Positions 27,609 through 36,056 of a stretch of DNA of 64,000 nt are shown in pieces. Numbering within the stretch: the stretch's first letter is position 1; each line of letters opens with the position of its first letter. Below the pieces are notes generated by a model that ran no database searches, was not told the DNA's origin, and worked only from the letters and a program-made list of their open reading frames with translations. A program made the position numbers and the translations under genes. This DNA comes from a virus (taxonomy: Duplodnaviria; Caudoviricetes). The stretch spans positions 22,413 to 86,412 of the IMG/VR virus record IMGVR_UViG_3300037067_006130; one strand, given 5' to 3'.

Positions 27609-28268
27609 TTAGAATTTATTACGTACATCTTCTTTGGTTATCTTAGGTTGTATTTTTACCTCTTGAATAACATCCTTGTTTATCTGCTTGCCCCAATCCT
27701 CAGAGTAACGTTTCGTTTCTATGTTGAGGAATACAGAGCAACCCATTACCTTTCGAAAATCGCTACTCGCAATCATCTTAAAGTATAGCTCTCTTTGGGC
27801 CATAAGATACTCAAACGATTCAATCTTTCTCGTCTTGACAAATTTATTATAGGCATCCTGCTTGGAACCTGCCCACGAGATGTTCTTTTTCCCATTGGCG
27901 GTGCTATACACCTTAGATGCCCAAAACTCTTCAAACTCGATCTTAACGGTGGAGAATCCATCAAACCATTTGCTCGTCGGTTTGAATTTCGATACAGAAT
28001 TACAAGCCTGTATGAAATCATCATGCCATAGTGATGCGAATAGTTCTTTCGCCTCGTCATGGTCTACCCCTGTTTTCTCGTAGATAGAAGGGTAGTTTAT
28101 GGGTATGGAATCACGAGTACACTTTTCAACGTACTCCATGATTGCATACTCTATCATCGTTAAGCCTAGTTTAATACGAATTTGATGGTTAATAATGCTC
28201 GTGCCGGTGATTGGTCGGACTGACGAAAGTTCGGGTATCTTCGCCTTGATATCTATCTTCTTGGTCAT
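27609..28268 (-). CDS. Putative replication initiator-like protein (wHTH + 'FEEFW' domain)
   Basis: N-terminal wHTH-like segment and EFEEFW...K..A..KF motif seen in phage replisome organisers; upstream of the primase. Confidence 0.45.
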   Translation of the reverse strand: MTKKIDIKAKIPELSSVRPITGTSIINHQIRIKLGLTMIEYAIMEYVEKCTRDSIPINYPSIYEKTGVDHDEAKELFASLWHDDFIQACNSVSKFKPTSKWFDGFSTVKIEFEEFWASKVYSTANGKKNISWAGSKQDAYNKFVKTRKIESFEYLMAQRELYFKMIASSDFRKVMGCSVFLNIETKRYSEDWGKQINKDVIQEVKIQPKITKEDVRNKF

Positions 28269-28307
28269 AGTCGTTGTGGTTGGTTCAAAAGACTAAATAA
28301 TTTCACG

Positions 28308-28586
28308 TCAATCCTTCATCAGGATATTCTGAACCAGCCATCGTAGGCCAGGTTTAATCCACTTCTCTTTGCGAATCTGAAATACCTTATTCGCCTTGGG
28401 AAAGAACTTAATCATGCCGTACTTGCTATGCTCAATAAAATAGCACCACTGCTTCTCATTGTACTCGATGGAAATACACTTCTCCTTTAGGGTAGGAAGC
28501 CATTCCGCAAACTTTTTATCACGCTCTTCGCGCAGGGAACGTCGAGTATGATGTAACCCATAATCATTATGCTCTTCGCTGCTCAT
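28308..28586 (-). CDS. Hypothetical protein (92 aa)
   Basis: ORF in operon; F(F/Y)PKANK motif. Confidence 0.6.
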   Translation of the reverse strand: MSSEEHNDYGLHHTRRSLREERDKKFAEWLPTLKEKCISIEYNEKQWCYFIEHSKYGMIKFFPKANKVFQIRKEKWIKPGLRWLVQNILMKD

Positions 28587-28915
28587 AGTATTTTATAATC
28601 TTTAGGATCAAGGTAAACGATTAGAGGTTTTTTTCTAAATTTAGTCGGTGGTAATTCTTTACCGACAATTTTCTCGCCAATAATCGGCCAGTCAAACATT
28701 CCTACTGCCTCTTTAATAGTATATTTCTGCAAGATGTATCTTGCCTACCCGGAACGATAGATAATCATCTTGTACTTTTCCTGAGAATCGTACTTCATAA
28801 CCATTAGTCCATTCCATAAGGTTATCGTTTCGCATGGCGTATTTTTGTTGCAAAGCTCATCAACTCGATTCTGCTTATACAACCACTTTTTCAGCGCATC
28901 CCATGTTATCTTCAT
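28583..28915 (-). pseudogene. 110-codon ORF with one internal TAG (28745-28747)
   Basis: MKITWDAL...IIYRSG*ARYILQ...DYKIL*; fills the gap exactly and its TGA overlaps the next ATG. Confidence 0.6.
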
Positions 28916-28924
28916 AAAGTTAGC

Positions 28925-29374
28925 TTATAAGTTAATTTCTTTAGGTTTTCCTACTCCAAGTGATTCGTTCTCAGGAATAGGTTGTGCGTTTGGAAATTTT
29001 CTTCTATCCACAATCATTCCTGAAGGAAGTATGCCAGCGTAACCCTCTTTTGATATCTCTGCTAGTTCTAAAATAGTATCGATATAGATTTTTTGTATTC
29101 GATCTATCTCAGCAGCAATCATAGCACCTGCAACTATTAACTTCTGCAGATCTGATTTACCTTCTATTTTAGCACAAACATTTTCATCCCAGTGTTCCGG
29201 CCAGGGTAATCCGCTAACAGTACCAATACATTTTGTAATTCCTATGCGTAATGGGAGTATCTTAAATGGTCCTGATGGAGTTGAATTCTCAGCAACATCT
29301 CGTATAACCGAATGACCATGTTTCTCAATCTGTTCTGCCCTTTCAATGGCAATCAGTTCAATTCCTGTTTTCAT
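28925..29374 (-). CDS. Hypothetical phage protein (149 aa)
   Basis: MKTGIELIAIER..Q...WP..W...L..AGA.IAAEIDR pattern common in phages. Confidence 0.65.
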   Translation of the reverse strand: MKTGIELIAIERAEQIEKHGHSVIRDVAENSTPSGPFKILPLRIGITKCIGTVSGLPWPEHWDENVCAKIEGKSDLQKLIVAGAMIAAEIDRIQKIYIDTILELAEISKEGYAGILPSGMIVDRRKFPNAQPIPENESLGVGKPKEINL

Positions 29375-29377
29375 CGT

Positions 29378-31918
29378 TTAGATTTTAAAGTTAGGATCAT
29401 ACTTATGATCGGATATCATCTTTTGTTTAATCTTGGAATACTGTCCGTTAAGAACCGTTCCTGATACATCATAACCCCATTCTGATAACTTCTTTAGCTG
29501 CCAGTACTGGGCAGGTTCATTAGAGATTAGTTCGTTACACATACCCTTAGTGTATTCCACATCGGGTTCCCATAGACCAAGCTTCTTTAGATAGTCTAGC
29601 TGAGCAGGTGTAGCTAAGTCCTGAGTCCACTCACCACCGTAAATCTTTAGTTCTGGTAGTTTAAGTAGGTTGATACGACCATCCTGTTTAACCTTAGTGT
29701 CAATCTTCGCTTCTCTACGCTGCTTCTCGGCAAAGAGAAGTTTCTCTTTATTCTCTTTGGTAACAAAGGTTTTTTCTTTTGCGGTCTTGCCCTTATCGAG
29801 AGTCCATGTATTGATTAGGTTGTGCTTGCCGGAATTGTCTACAAAGTCAAGAATCTTACAGTCATTCAAACCGTACTTCGTTCTAAACTCAGGACTTTTT
29901 AAACGGCATCCTCTACCAATCGACTGCATGTAGAAAGTTAGCGATTGGGTAGGTCTAGCCATTAGCACAGCACCTACATCTGCGTAATCCCATCCTTCAA
30001 TGAGAATCTGTACGTTCAAAAGCACCTTCGTTTCTTTGCCCCTAAATCGGCTATTTACGCCTTTACGGTCAGGACAAACGTTTTCATCCGCAACGAGTAT
30101 TTCGCATGAAATTCCGCTTTGTATGAATGCTTCTCGAAGGTGTATCGCATGAAGGACATCAACACAAAAACCGATAGCCTGTCTATCACTACAATATTTC
30201 TGATAGGATTCAACGATAAGCTTATTTCTTTCCTTAGTATCAACTAGGTTAGATAACTCATTAATCTTGAAGTCGCCAGCCTGTCGATGTACCTTAGAAA
30301 GATCTGTTTCTGTCTTAATACGAATACCATCAAGCTCACAAAGAAATCCATCCTCTATCGCTTTGGCGATATTATACTCAAAGGTGATATCGTCAAATAA
30401 ATCCGCAAGAGATAGTCCATCCAACCGATATGGAGTAGCAGTCCAACCAACGGTTAGCTGTGGTTTAAAATGCTGTACCGCTTTCACCCATGTACGAGCA
30501 AGGTATCGATGACAATTATGTACTAATATATTTTCTACGAAATAGTTGTTATTATCTTCTACTTCCAGATTGTAGACAAAATTGTCTGAACCACTAAGTT
30601 TGGATTTAGATCTACTTCTTCGTTTGTAAATCTTAGAACAGTCCAACCCAACGAATTCAAAACGTTCGTTTTCCGTTTGTCTAAGAACTTCCAACGTTTT
30701 AACTTGTGAGTTTTTCCATCTATTTCTATCGCAAGTTTCGAGGGAGGATCGGCTAGATCTACTTTGTAATGATATGGCAAACAAGTTTCTGAAGACGTTT
30801 GATTTTTCGTTAGGATCACATATTCCATTGGAAGTTCTGTCAGGTTGTGAATCATTAATTGTTGCTTCGTTAGTTGACCATTTCCTCCGCGAGAAAGGAA
30901 TGTTTTTCCTTGCATACTTCGAATCATCTTTGTCTTGGCTTCCGGATTGAACATCGGATTGTTTTTCTTCATTCTTTCCGAACAATCCCTTTTGTTTACT
31001 AGTATCATTGATTTTCTTGCAATTCCCTTGAAGTACTCCTTTTTGCATTTGATAGAACAGCAACCAGAACCTCTTATAACTGAAGCCATGAATGTTTTCC
31101 GTTTTCTTCCTTCTTTGGCCCAAGACTCCCAACCAAATATTTTTCCACAGTTGTTGCAAACCAAAGTTGGATTTAATCTTAATTTTGTTTTTCTTGCTTT
31201 TTCGCAAATAGAAGAACAAGTTTCTCTGTGTGTCTGAGAATGAAACTTTATTCCACAATTTTTGCATATACCTGAACGTAATCGAGTCATATAGATAGCA
31301 CATTGATGTATGGCAAGTATATGACAAGTATATTTCTTTTGCAAGGCAATAACCTATTTTGTTTATATAAATAGGATGGTTCTTTGTGCAAGAAAATACT
31401 CCAAAATCGTATAGATACTTTGGTTTTTCTTTAACAATCACATTTATTACTTTTTTTAGTTCAATGCGATTTTCTTGATGATTAAAAGAATGAACATAAT
31501 CACCAATTTCTATGATTTCTATTGGTTGTTTATCAACCAAGGTTCCTGCGGGAAAACATTCGTCAATCTGTACCAAGGCGAAATGGTTTGGGCTAATCCT
31601 ATCCAGTCGGTTAATCAACGTTTGAGGAGAGGCAACCACGACTTTCTTATCAATCTCAAATCGTGATCCCTTGATTACCCCAACGTTCATAAACCCATGG
31701 AACTTCTCCATGTCTTTCACTGCCTGCTCAATCAACTCTTCGCTATGAGCTAAGAACAGGCTATTCTTAAACTTGGTAGATACGTTGACCGCCGCAATTC
31801 GCTTGCCCGTTCCGGTAGCTTGTATAACTAACTGTCGTTTAAGCCCTTTCTCCTTAAAAGCGGTGTGTATCGCCTTAAAGCAGGCAACCTGATATGGTCG
31901 CCAATTTACGTCAATCAT
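29378..31918 (-). CDS. Superfamily II (DExH) helicase, intein-containing
   Basis: WRPYQ, ATGTGK, DE|CH split by intein, TATPYR, ILIEGWD, QSIGRGCR. Confidence 0.92.
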   Translation of the reverse strand: MIDVNWRPYQVACFKAIHTAFKEKGLKRQLVIQATGTGKRIAAVNVSTKFKNSLFLAHSEELIEQAVKDMEKFHGFMNVGVIKGSRFEIDKKVVVASPQTLINRLDRISPNHFALVQIDECFPAGTLVDKQPIEIIEIGDYVHSFNHQENRIELKKVINVIVKEKPKYLYDFGVFSCTKNHPIYINKIGYCLAKEIYLSYTCHTSMCYLYDSITFRYMQKLWNKVSFSDTQRNLFFYLRKSKKNKIKIKSNFGLQQLWKNIWLGVLGQRRKKTENIHGFSYKRFWLLFYQMQKGVLQGNCKKINDTSKQKGLFGKNEEKQSDVQSGSQDKDDSKYARKNIPFSRRKWSTNEATINDSQPDRTSNGICDPNEKSNVFRNLFAISLQSRSSRSSLETCDRNRWKNSQVKTLEVLRQTENERFEFVGLDCSKIYKRRSRSKSKLSGSDNFVYNLEVEDNNNYFVENILVHNCHRYLARTWVKAVQHFKPQLTVGWTATPYRLDGLSLADLFDDITFEYNIAKAIEDGFLCELDGIRIKTETDLSKVHRQAGDFKINELSNLVDTKERNKLIVESYQKYCSDRQAIGFCVDVLHAIHLREAFIQSGISCEILVADENVCPDRKGVNSRFRGKETKVLLNVQILIEGWDYADVGAVLMARPTQSLTFYMQSIGRGCRLKSPEFRTKYGLNDCKILDFVDNSGKHNLINTWTLDKGKTAKEKTFVTKENKEKLLFAEKQRREAKIDTKVKQDGRINLLKLPELKIYGGEWTQDLATPAQLDYLKKLGLWEPDVEYTKGMCNELISNEPAQYWQLKKLSEWGYDVSGTVLNGQYSKIKQKMISDHKYDPNFKI
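30515..31558 (-). mobile_element. Intein (348 aa) in the helicase Walker B motif
   Basis: Block A CFPAGTLV, block B CTKNHP, block F VYNLEV..NYFV, terminal HN followed by Cys(+1). Confidence 0.93.
30559..31344 (-). CDS. Zn-finger + DUF559/Vsr-like endonuclease overprinted within the intein (likely start 31290)
   Basis: CKNC..C..C and CNNC..C..C motifs; YKVDLA...LAIEIDGKTH...D..K...L..LGWTVLRFTN; +1 frame relative to the intein. Confidence 0.88.
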   Translation of the reverse strand: MQKKYTCHILAIHQCAIYMTRLRSGICKNCGIKFHSQTHRETCSSICEKARKTKLRLNPTLVCNNCGKIFGWESWAKEGRKRKTFMASVIRGSGCCSIKCKKEYFKGIARKSMILVNKRDCSERMKKNNPMFNPEAKTKMIRSMQGKTFLSRGGNGQLTKQQLMIHNLTELPMEYVILTKNQTSSETCLPYHYKVDLADPPSKLAIEIDGKTHKLKRWKFLDKRKTNVLNSLGWTVLRFTNEEVDLNPNLVVQTILSTIWK

Positions 31919-32309
31919 GTTTACTTGCTAGTTTAAAGGATGGTATGAAGTACTCGTGTTTGCTCTCTGGCCATCCTTGGATTGTTTTATGCCTGTCTTG
32001 GAGAAGGGGAATTAACTCCTTCCATTTCACATGGGAAATAAAGCACCGCCAAATATTCTCATCCTTTACCCATCTTGGATGGTTCGGATGAATATCTGTA
32101 CGAACGTTAAACTTGTATTTTAGCTTCTCTTTCCCATTATGATCTCCAATACGAACAGAGCACATTCGGCTATCCTTAAATCGGATATATACGCTTCCGG
32201 TGTTAGCGACATGCCATATATACGATTCGATACCGACCTCATCAAGAGCAGCGACTATCTTATTCGCAATACTCTCATGAGTTTCTTTGATCTGTTTATG
32301 CTTTTTCAT
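31911..32309 (-). CDS. Hypothetical protein (132 aa)
   Basis: SVYIRF...VRIGDH...YKFN motif. Confidence 0.6.
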   Translation of the reverse strand: MKKHKQIKETHESIANKIVAALDEVGIESYIWHVANTGSVYIRFKDSRMCSVRIGDHNGKEKLKYKFNVRTDIHPNHPRWVKDENIWRCFISHVKWKELIPLLQDRHKTIQGWPESKHEYFIPSFKLASKHD

Positions 32310-32613
32310 CGGTAATTGGTTCAGGTTTCCAACATCCAGCTTGCTTTAGTTCCTCGATATGCACTCCTATTCGACCTTCAATGACATAGAGGTAGTTCTT
32401 AAAATCTTTACGCATAAACCCTTTCGCCGTTCTACGACCAAGGTTGTTAAAGATAGTGGCTCGTTTCTGAATGGAGAGTAAGTCGTCAATAAACTTTATC
32501 TCCATCATTATCTCTGCAGGATCTTCGGTATCTTCACTAAGAACTTGTACCATGATAGCAACTTCCTCCTTAGTCATTACCTCAATACTTCCAAACTTAT
32601 TCTTGTCTTTCAT
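32296..32613 (-). CDS. Hypothetical protein (105 aa)
   Basis: ORF in operon. Confidence 0.55.
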   Translation of the reverse strand: MKDKNKFGSIEVMTKEEVAIMVQVLSEDTEDPAEIMMEIKFIDDLLSIQKRATIFNNLGRRTAKGFMRKDFKNYLYVIEGRIGVHIEELKQAGCWKPEPITDEKA

Positions 32614-33194
32614 TTTAAGTTTAAGAATTCATCAATCATTCTAACTTCATCAACGTAGACAGTAAGGTGCCCTTTACCATCTTTACGGTTGCGAAATGCG
32701 TAGGCGTTAGGTGTCCAAGTCTTATGGAATAGACACTTCTTCATTGCTCCCGATCCGAATGGTACGATTTTTTGCACGTAGATTTTGTACTTATCGTACA
32801 CCCATTTCTGGTTAAGCGGGAATCGCATATCATTCTTATTCCCTCCGAAAGCGCCTTTTACATCAACCACTGATATTGGTTTCTCGTGGAACATCTGGCA
32901 CTCAAACAGCCCTTCGGCTGCATTATCCCCAATAAACTTGACCAGCTTAATATCAAAGGCTTTCTGCCCCCAATGAATCTTGAAGTCAGCCTTGTACTCG
33001 TGGTCGTTAAGGAGTAGGTTCTTAATCTCTTTCTTCCCTTTCTTCTCAGGGAACGCTATTTCTGGTGAGAGTTTAAAAGGAATTGGTTGATGGGTATATC
33101 CCTCTACCAATTCCTCTTTCATTGCTTCATCCAGCCATGCCGCGAAGTACTTTTCCTCGTCGGATACTTCTAGGGTTACTATTTTGGATTGCAT
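32610..33194 (-). CDS. PD-(D/E)xK endonuclease (DUF1064-like)
   Basis: S.EEKYF...YKADF...VVDVKG...F....KW. Confidence 0.65.
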   Translation of the reverse strand: MQSKIVTLEVSDEEKYFAAWLDEAMKEELVEGYTHQPIPFKLSPEIAFPEKKGKKEIKNLLLNDHEYKADFKIHWGQKAFDIKLVKFIGDNAAEGLFECQMFHEKPISVVDVKGAFGGNKNDMRFPLNQKWVYDKYKIYVQKIVPFGSGAMKKCLFHKTWTPNAYAFRNRKDGKGHLTVYVDEVRMIDEFLNLK

Positions 33195-33331
33195 GTCTCA
33201 CCACATTGGGTACAGGTTAGCATTCCATCTAGGGTTGTCGTCGGTGCATCACAGCAGTCACTATTCGTAATTTGGATGTCGACATCTTCAGGTGGAAAAT
33301 CTTTTAGATCTTCTTCATCTTCTCTTGCCAT
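33179..33331 (-). CDS. Small Cys4 Zn-ribbon protein (50 aa, not in ORF track)
   Basis: MAREDEE...SDCCDAP...CTQCGETC. Confidence 0.55.
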   Translation of the reverse strand: MAREDEEDLKDFPPEDVDIQITNSDCCDAPTTTLDGMLTCTQCGETCNPK

Positions 33332-33366
33332 TGTCGTTAATTTAATATTATTCAAGGGTTAAATAA

Positions 33367-33834
33367 TTAAACGTGTTTTCGGACAGCCATCCAGTAGCGA
33401 ACAACATCAAGTCGATACTTTAACGGTTGTTTCTCGTACCCTTCACCTCCATTCCAAAGGTATGCACCCTTTTCAAGGTCATACTTCGGATTATGCTTAT
33501 CCATGAAGGTAAAGAACATCTCAATCGATTTTAGACTATCCCTTCGGTCTGCAAGGAAGTATTTCTGATATCCAACAATCTCATTACAGGCTCTCACCAT
33601 GATTGGTCTTATCTGAAGTATGCCTACCGCATTCTCTTTATAGTACGCCTGTAGTGCAGCTTTCTTGCTCTTTGGTCGTTCTGCAAGATAGGTTATCCTA
33701 AGTAGGGTTTCCTTACGCTGCGGAACTATTGATATTGGTTTTGATTCCCATACGATAAACGGTTCTAAACCATTCGGGGCATAGCATAATAACGCTATTG
33801 GGATTAATAGTAGTAGTAAGCATAGTCTTTTCAT
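33367..33834 (-). CDS. Secreted lysozyme/transglycosylase-like protein
   Basis: N-terminal hydrophobic signal; ENAVGILQIRPIMV...DR..KSIEMF...WNGG. Confidence 0.65.
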   Translation of the reverse strand: MKRLCLLLLLIPIALLCYAPNGLEPFIVWESKPISIVPQRKETLLRITYLAERPKSKKAALQAYYKENAVGILQIRPIMVRACNEIVGYQKYFLADRRDSLKSIEMFFTFMDKHNPKYDLEKGAYLWNGGEGYEKQPLKYRLDVVRYWMAVRKHV

Positions 33835-33891
33835 TACGTTTAGATTAGTTAATACTATGGTTCTGGCGTTAGCCGTTGGTTATTCTAGCAA

Positions 33892-33922
33892 CAAATTTAC
33901 ACAATAAATCGTATATACCAAA
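33892..33922 (-). promoter_or_regulatory. Bacteroidota promoter with GTATATACG in the spacer
   Basis: TTTG-N19-TAAATTTG; spacer contains GTATATACG. Confidence 0.8.
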
Positions 33923-33923
33923 A

Positions 33924-33950
33924 ATAAGGGATGCAAAATTGCACCCCTTA
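33924..33950. terminator. Hairpin downstream of ORF 33953..34306
   Basis: ATAAGGG-ATGCA-AAAT-TGCA-CCCTTAT. Confidence 0.5.
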
Positions 33951-33952
33951 TC

Positions 33953-34306
33953 CTAAAGTTTATGTAAATGGTTTAACATCATCTTCTTCGGGTTTTGCTC
34001 CATTAGCTCTAACATTTGATCTGCAGTAAACAAAAGATCATCCGTGTAGATACAAGCAATCTTGTGACTACTTCCTTTACTCGGTGATGGATCGTGTTCT
34101 GCGTAAAGTGACCATCGGTACGGAACTTCTCCGAATTCAAGGACAATGTGCTTGTCCTCTTTTACTGCCAGGATAAACGAGATCATTGGTGAGCTAAAAG
34201 GGGCGTAAACTATACACCCTTTCTCTTTTAGCTCAAATGCCATTCCTCTTAGTGTTGTATCCACTCGTTTTAAACGTAGCTGATACGCTGGAAAGAAATC
34301 GCTCAT
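33953..34306 (-). CDS. Hypothetical protein (117 aa)
   Basis: ORF in operon. Confidence 0.55.
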   Translation of the reverse strand: MSDFFPAYQLRLKRVDTTLRGMAFELKEKGCIVYAPFSSPMISFILAVKEDKHIVLEFGEVPYRWSLYAEHDPSPSKGSSHKIACIYTDDLLFTADQMLELMEQNPKKMMLNHLHKL

Positions 34307-34504
34307 TTCTCTTCCTCTTCCATGAATTCATCAGCCATTTCAAATGCCTGTTTCATGGTTATCCCATGATGGTGCGTAAACATTTCTAAAGCGGTACTAT
34401 ACCGCTTTAGAAACACCACATTCATGATCCTCAGTTTCTCCGAATGAACCGTAATTCTTATAGGCTATCGGGAATGCTGGTTCTAATCCTTTCTTGTTGC
34501 TCAT
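34303..34504 (-). pseudogene. Small ORF frameshifted at a perfect 14-bp inverted repeat
   Basis: Removing one G restores MSNKKGLEPAFP...GVSKRYSTALEMF...EEEEK*. Confidence 0.55.
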
Positions 34505-34638
34505 CGTTTTTCCTCCTTTTCTTTTACATCTTTCCAACCGATTTCTCGGTATAATCGTGCTGCTTCATGAGCAACACAAAAGTCAGTGGTATTGACTAGT
34601 TCACTACCACTGACGATTACAAGGTATCTCGTTTCCAT
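34501..34638 (-). CDS. Hypothetical protein (45 aa, not in ORF track)
   Basis: Fills the gap exactly with coupled start and stop. Confidence 0.45.
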   Translation of the reverse strand: METRYLVIVSGSELVNTTDFCVAHEAARLYREIGWKDVKEKEEKR

Positions 34639-35367
34639 CTATACCGTATTAATATTCATTTCACCTAGATTAAAGTAAAGCTGATTGTAGGGTAGGTAAA
34701 GGTTACAGATAAAGTCCTTAATCATCCCTGCAGCAAAGGTGGCCATGTGTAGGTTAATAAATAAATCCTGCTTAGCTAGCGCTTCGAATACAGAACAACT
34801 TGGGCCTTGTTCCTCTTTACTTCCAATCATATCCTCCATGAAGGGGAATACATCGAATACATGGGTTGCCCTACGTTTGGCAATCTCATCTGAGAATTGT
34901 CCAAAGATAATCTGGCCAAAATCACGACCATTCCCAATATCCATCCAGTGCCTAAATAACGGTACTTTCTGAATCATTCTTCGTGCGGGAATATTATCCA
35001 CGCATGAAATGGTTATCCCCTCATCATCATCATCCCAATGACCGATATACTTTGCGACCTCGCTATCAAACATCACCGGAAAGTACTCCCACTGAAATCC
35101 GTAGACATGGTTAATCGATTCAATCAGCGCTTGACACTTCATCTGATCAACCTGGCCATGAGAAAATGGTTGACGACCAACATTGGTTGAGGATATCTTA
35201 TCCCCATCGAAGGCCCAAACTTTTATTCCTTTATAGCCTAATCGGATTATCGTTTCATTCACTGATACCAATCGGTTGATTAGATGTGCTCCTGTTCCAC
35301 CTGTACCTATCACGACTACGTTGATAAGCATCCGTTCGGGTAGTAAATCACCTGCGTATATTTTCAT
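34639..35367 (-). CDS. PRTRC-type ThiF/E1-like enzyme
   Basis: VIGTGGTG, DGDKISSTNVGRQ, SCVDN, WMDIGN, PSCS...ALAKQDLFIN. Confidence 0.88.
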   Translation of the reverse strand: MKIYAGDLLPERMLINVVVIGTGGTGAHLINRLVSVNETIIRLGYKGIKVWAFDGDKISSTNVGRQPFSHGQVDQMKCQALIESINHVYGFQWEYFPVMFDSEVAKYIGHWDDDDEGITISCVDNIPARRMIQKVPLFRHWMDIGNGRDFGQIIFGQFSDEIAKRRATHVFDVFPFMEDMIGSKEEQGPSCSVFEALAKQDLFINLHMATFAAGMIKDFICNLYLPYNQLYFNLGEMNINTV

Positions 35368-36056
35368 CGTATGCTCGTTTTAAGTTGAAATGGTTCCATA
35401 TCCCTCTGCTTATAGGTAAAGGATTTTGCCTTTGCCCATTTGAATCCAGTTGCATCAGCATGACTATTGAATGAGGATGCCCAAAACGCATCGTAGTAAG
35501 CATCCATCGTTTCACCAATGGTCATACCATCCTTTAACGTTACAGAACCTCCCATACAAACATTACCACTCATACCAATATTGGGTAGATTGCAACCAAC
35601 GAACCCTGCTCCTTTACGTTCGTAGACGTACAGCGAACTACCCTCGATTAGATAGTAGAACTTAGGAACATTCTTCAGCAGTTTCTTTTCGCCTTTGTAG
35701 TATATCCACTTTTCCTTTGCAGGTTCATCGACGAACATGATTGACTTTAAACTTCTCGAGAGGAAGAGAACAGGAAATCGGAATATGAGCATCTGCTCAG
35801 GAAGAAAATTCTTCTCCTTCTCCTGCCTGACCACTCGTAGAATGTTCTTGGCAAATCGTACCATAAAGTTAATCGTTACCGGAACGAAATTACCAAGTAG
35901 GCCATGCTTTACTTCAGCGATCTCATAGTACTCTTTTCCGTCTGTTCTCGCGAAACAAGCCATAACATACTTAAGTTTTACCTTCGTGGATATTAGTTCT
36001 GATGCCGATTCACCGAGATACTGTTTATAGTTATATTCTTGTTGGGCTTTTTTCAT
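35364..36056 (-). CDS. PRTRC protein B / prokaryotic E2-like
   Basis: LPNIGMSGNVCMG...FWASSFNSH; immediately upstream of ThiF. Confidence 0.75.
   Translation of the reverse strand: MKKAQQEYNYKQYLGESASELISTKVKLKYVMACFARTDGKEYYEIAEVKHGLLGNFVPVTINFMVRFAKNILRVVRQEKEKNFLPEQMLIFRFPVLFLSRSLKSIMFVDEPAKEKWIYYKGEKKLLKNVPKFYYLIEGSSLYVYERKGAGFVGCNLPNIGMSGNVCMGGSVTLKDGMTIGETMDAYYDAFWASSFNSHADATGFKWAKAKSFTYKQRDMEPFQLKTSIR

Noticed and set aside
30935-31237. Third open frame (plus strand) inside the intein
   Set aside because: Short antisense shadow of the two minus-strand frames; no motif
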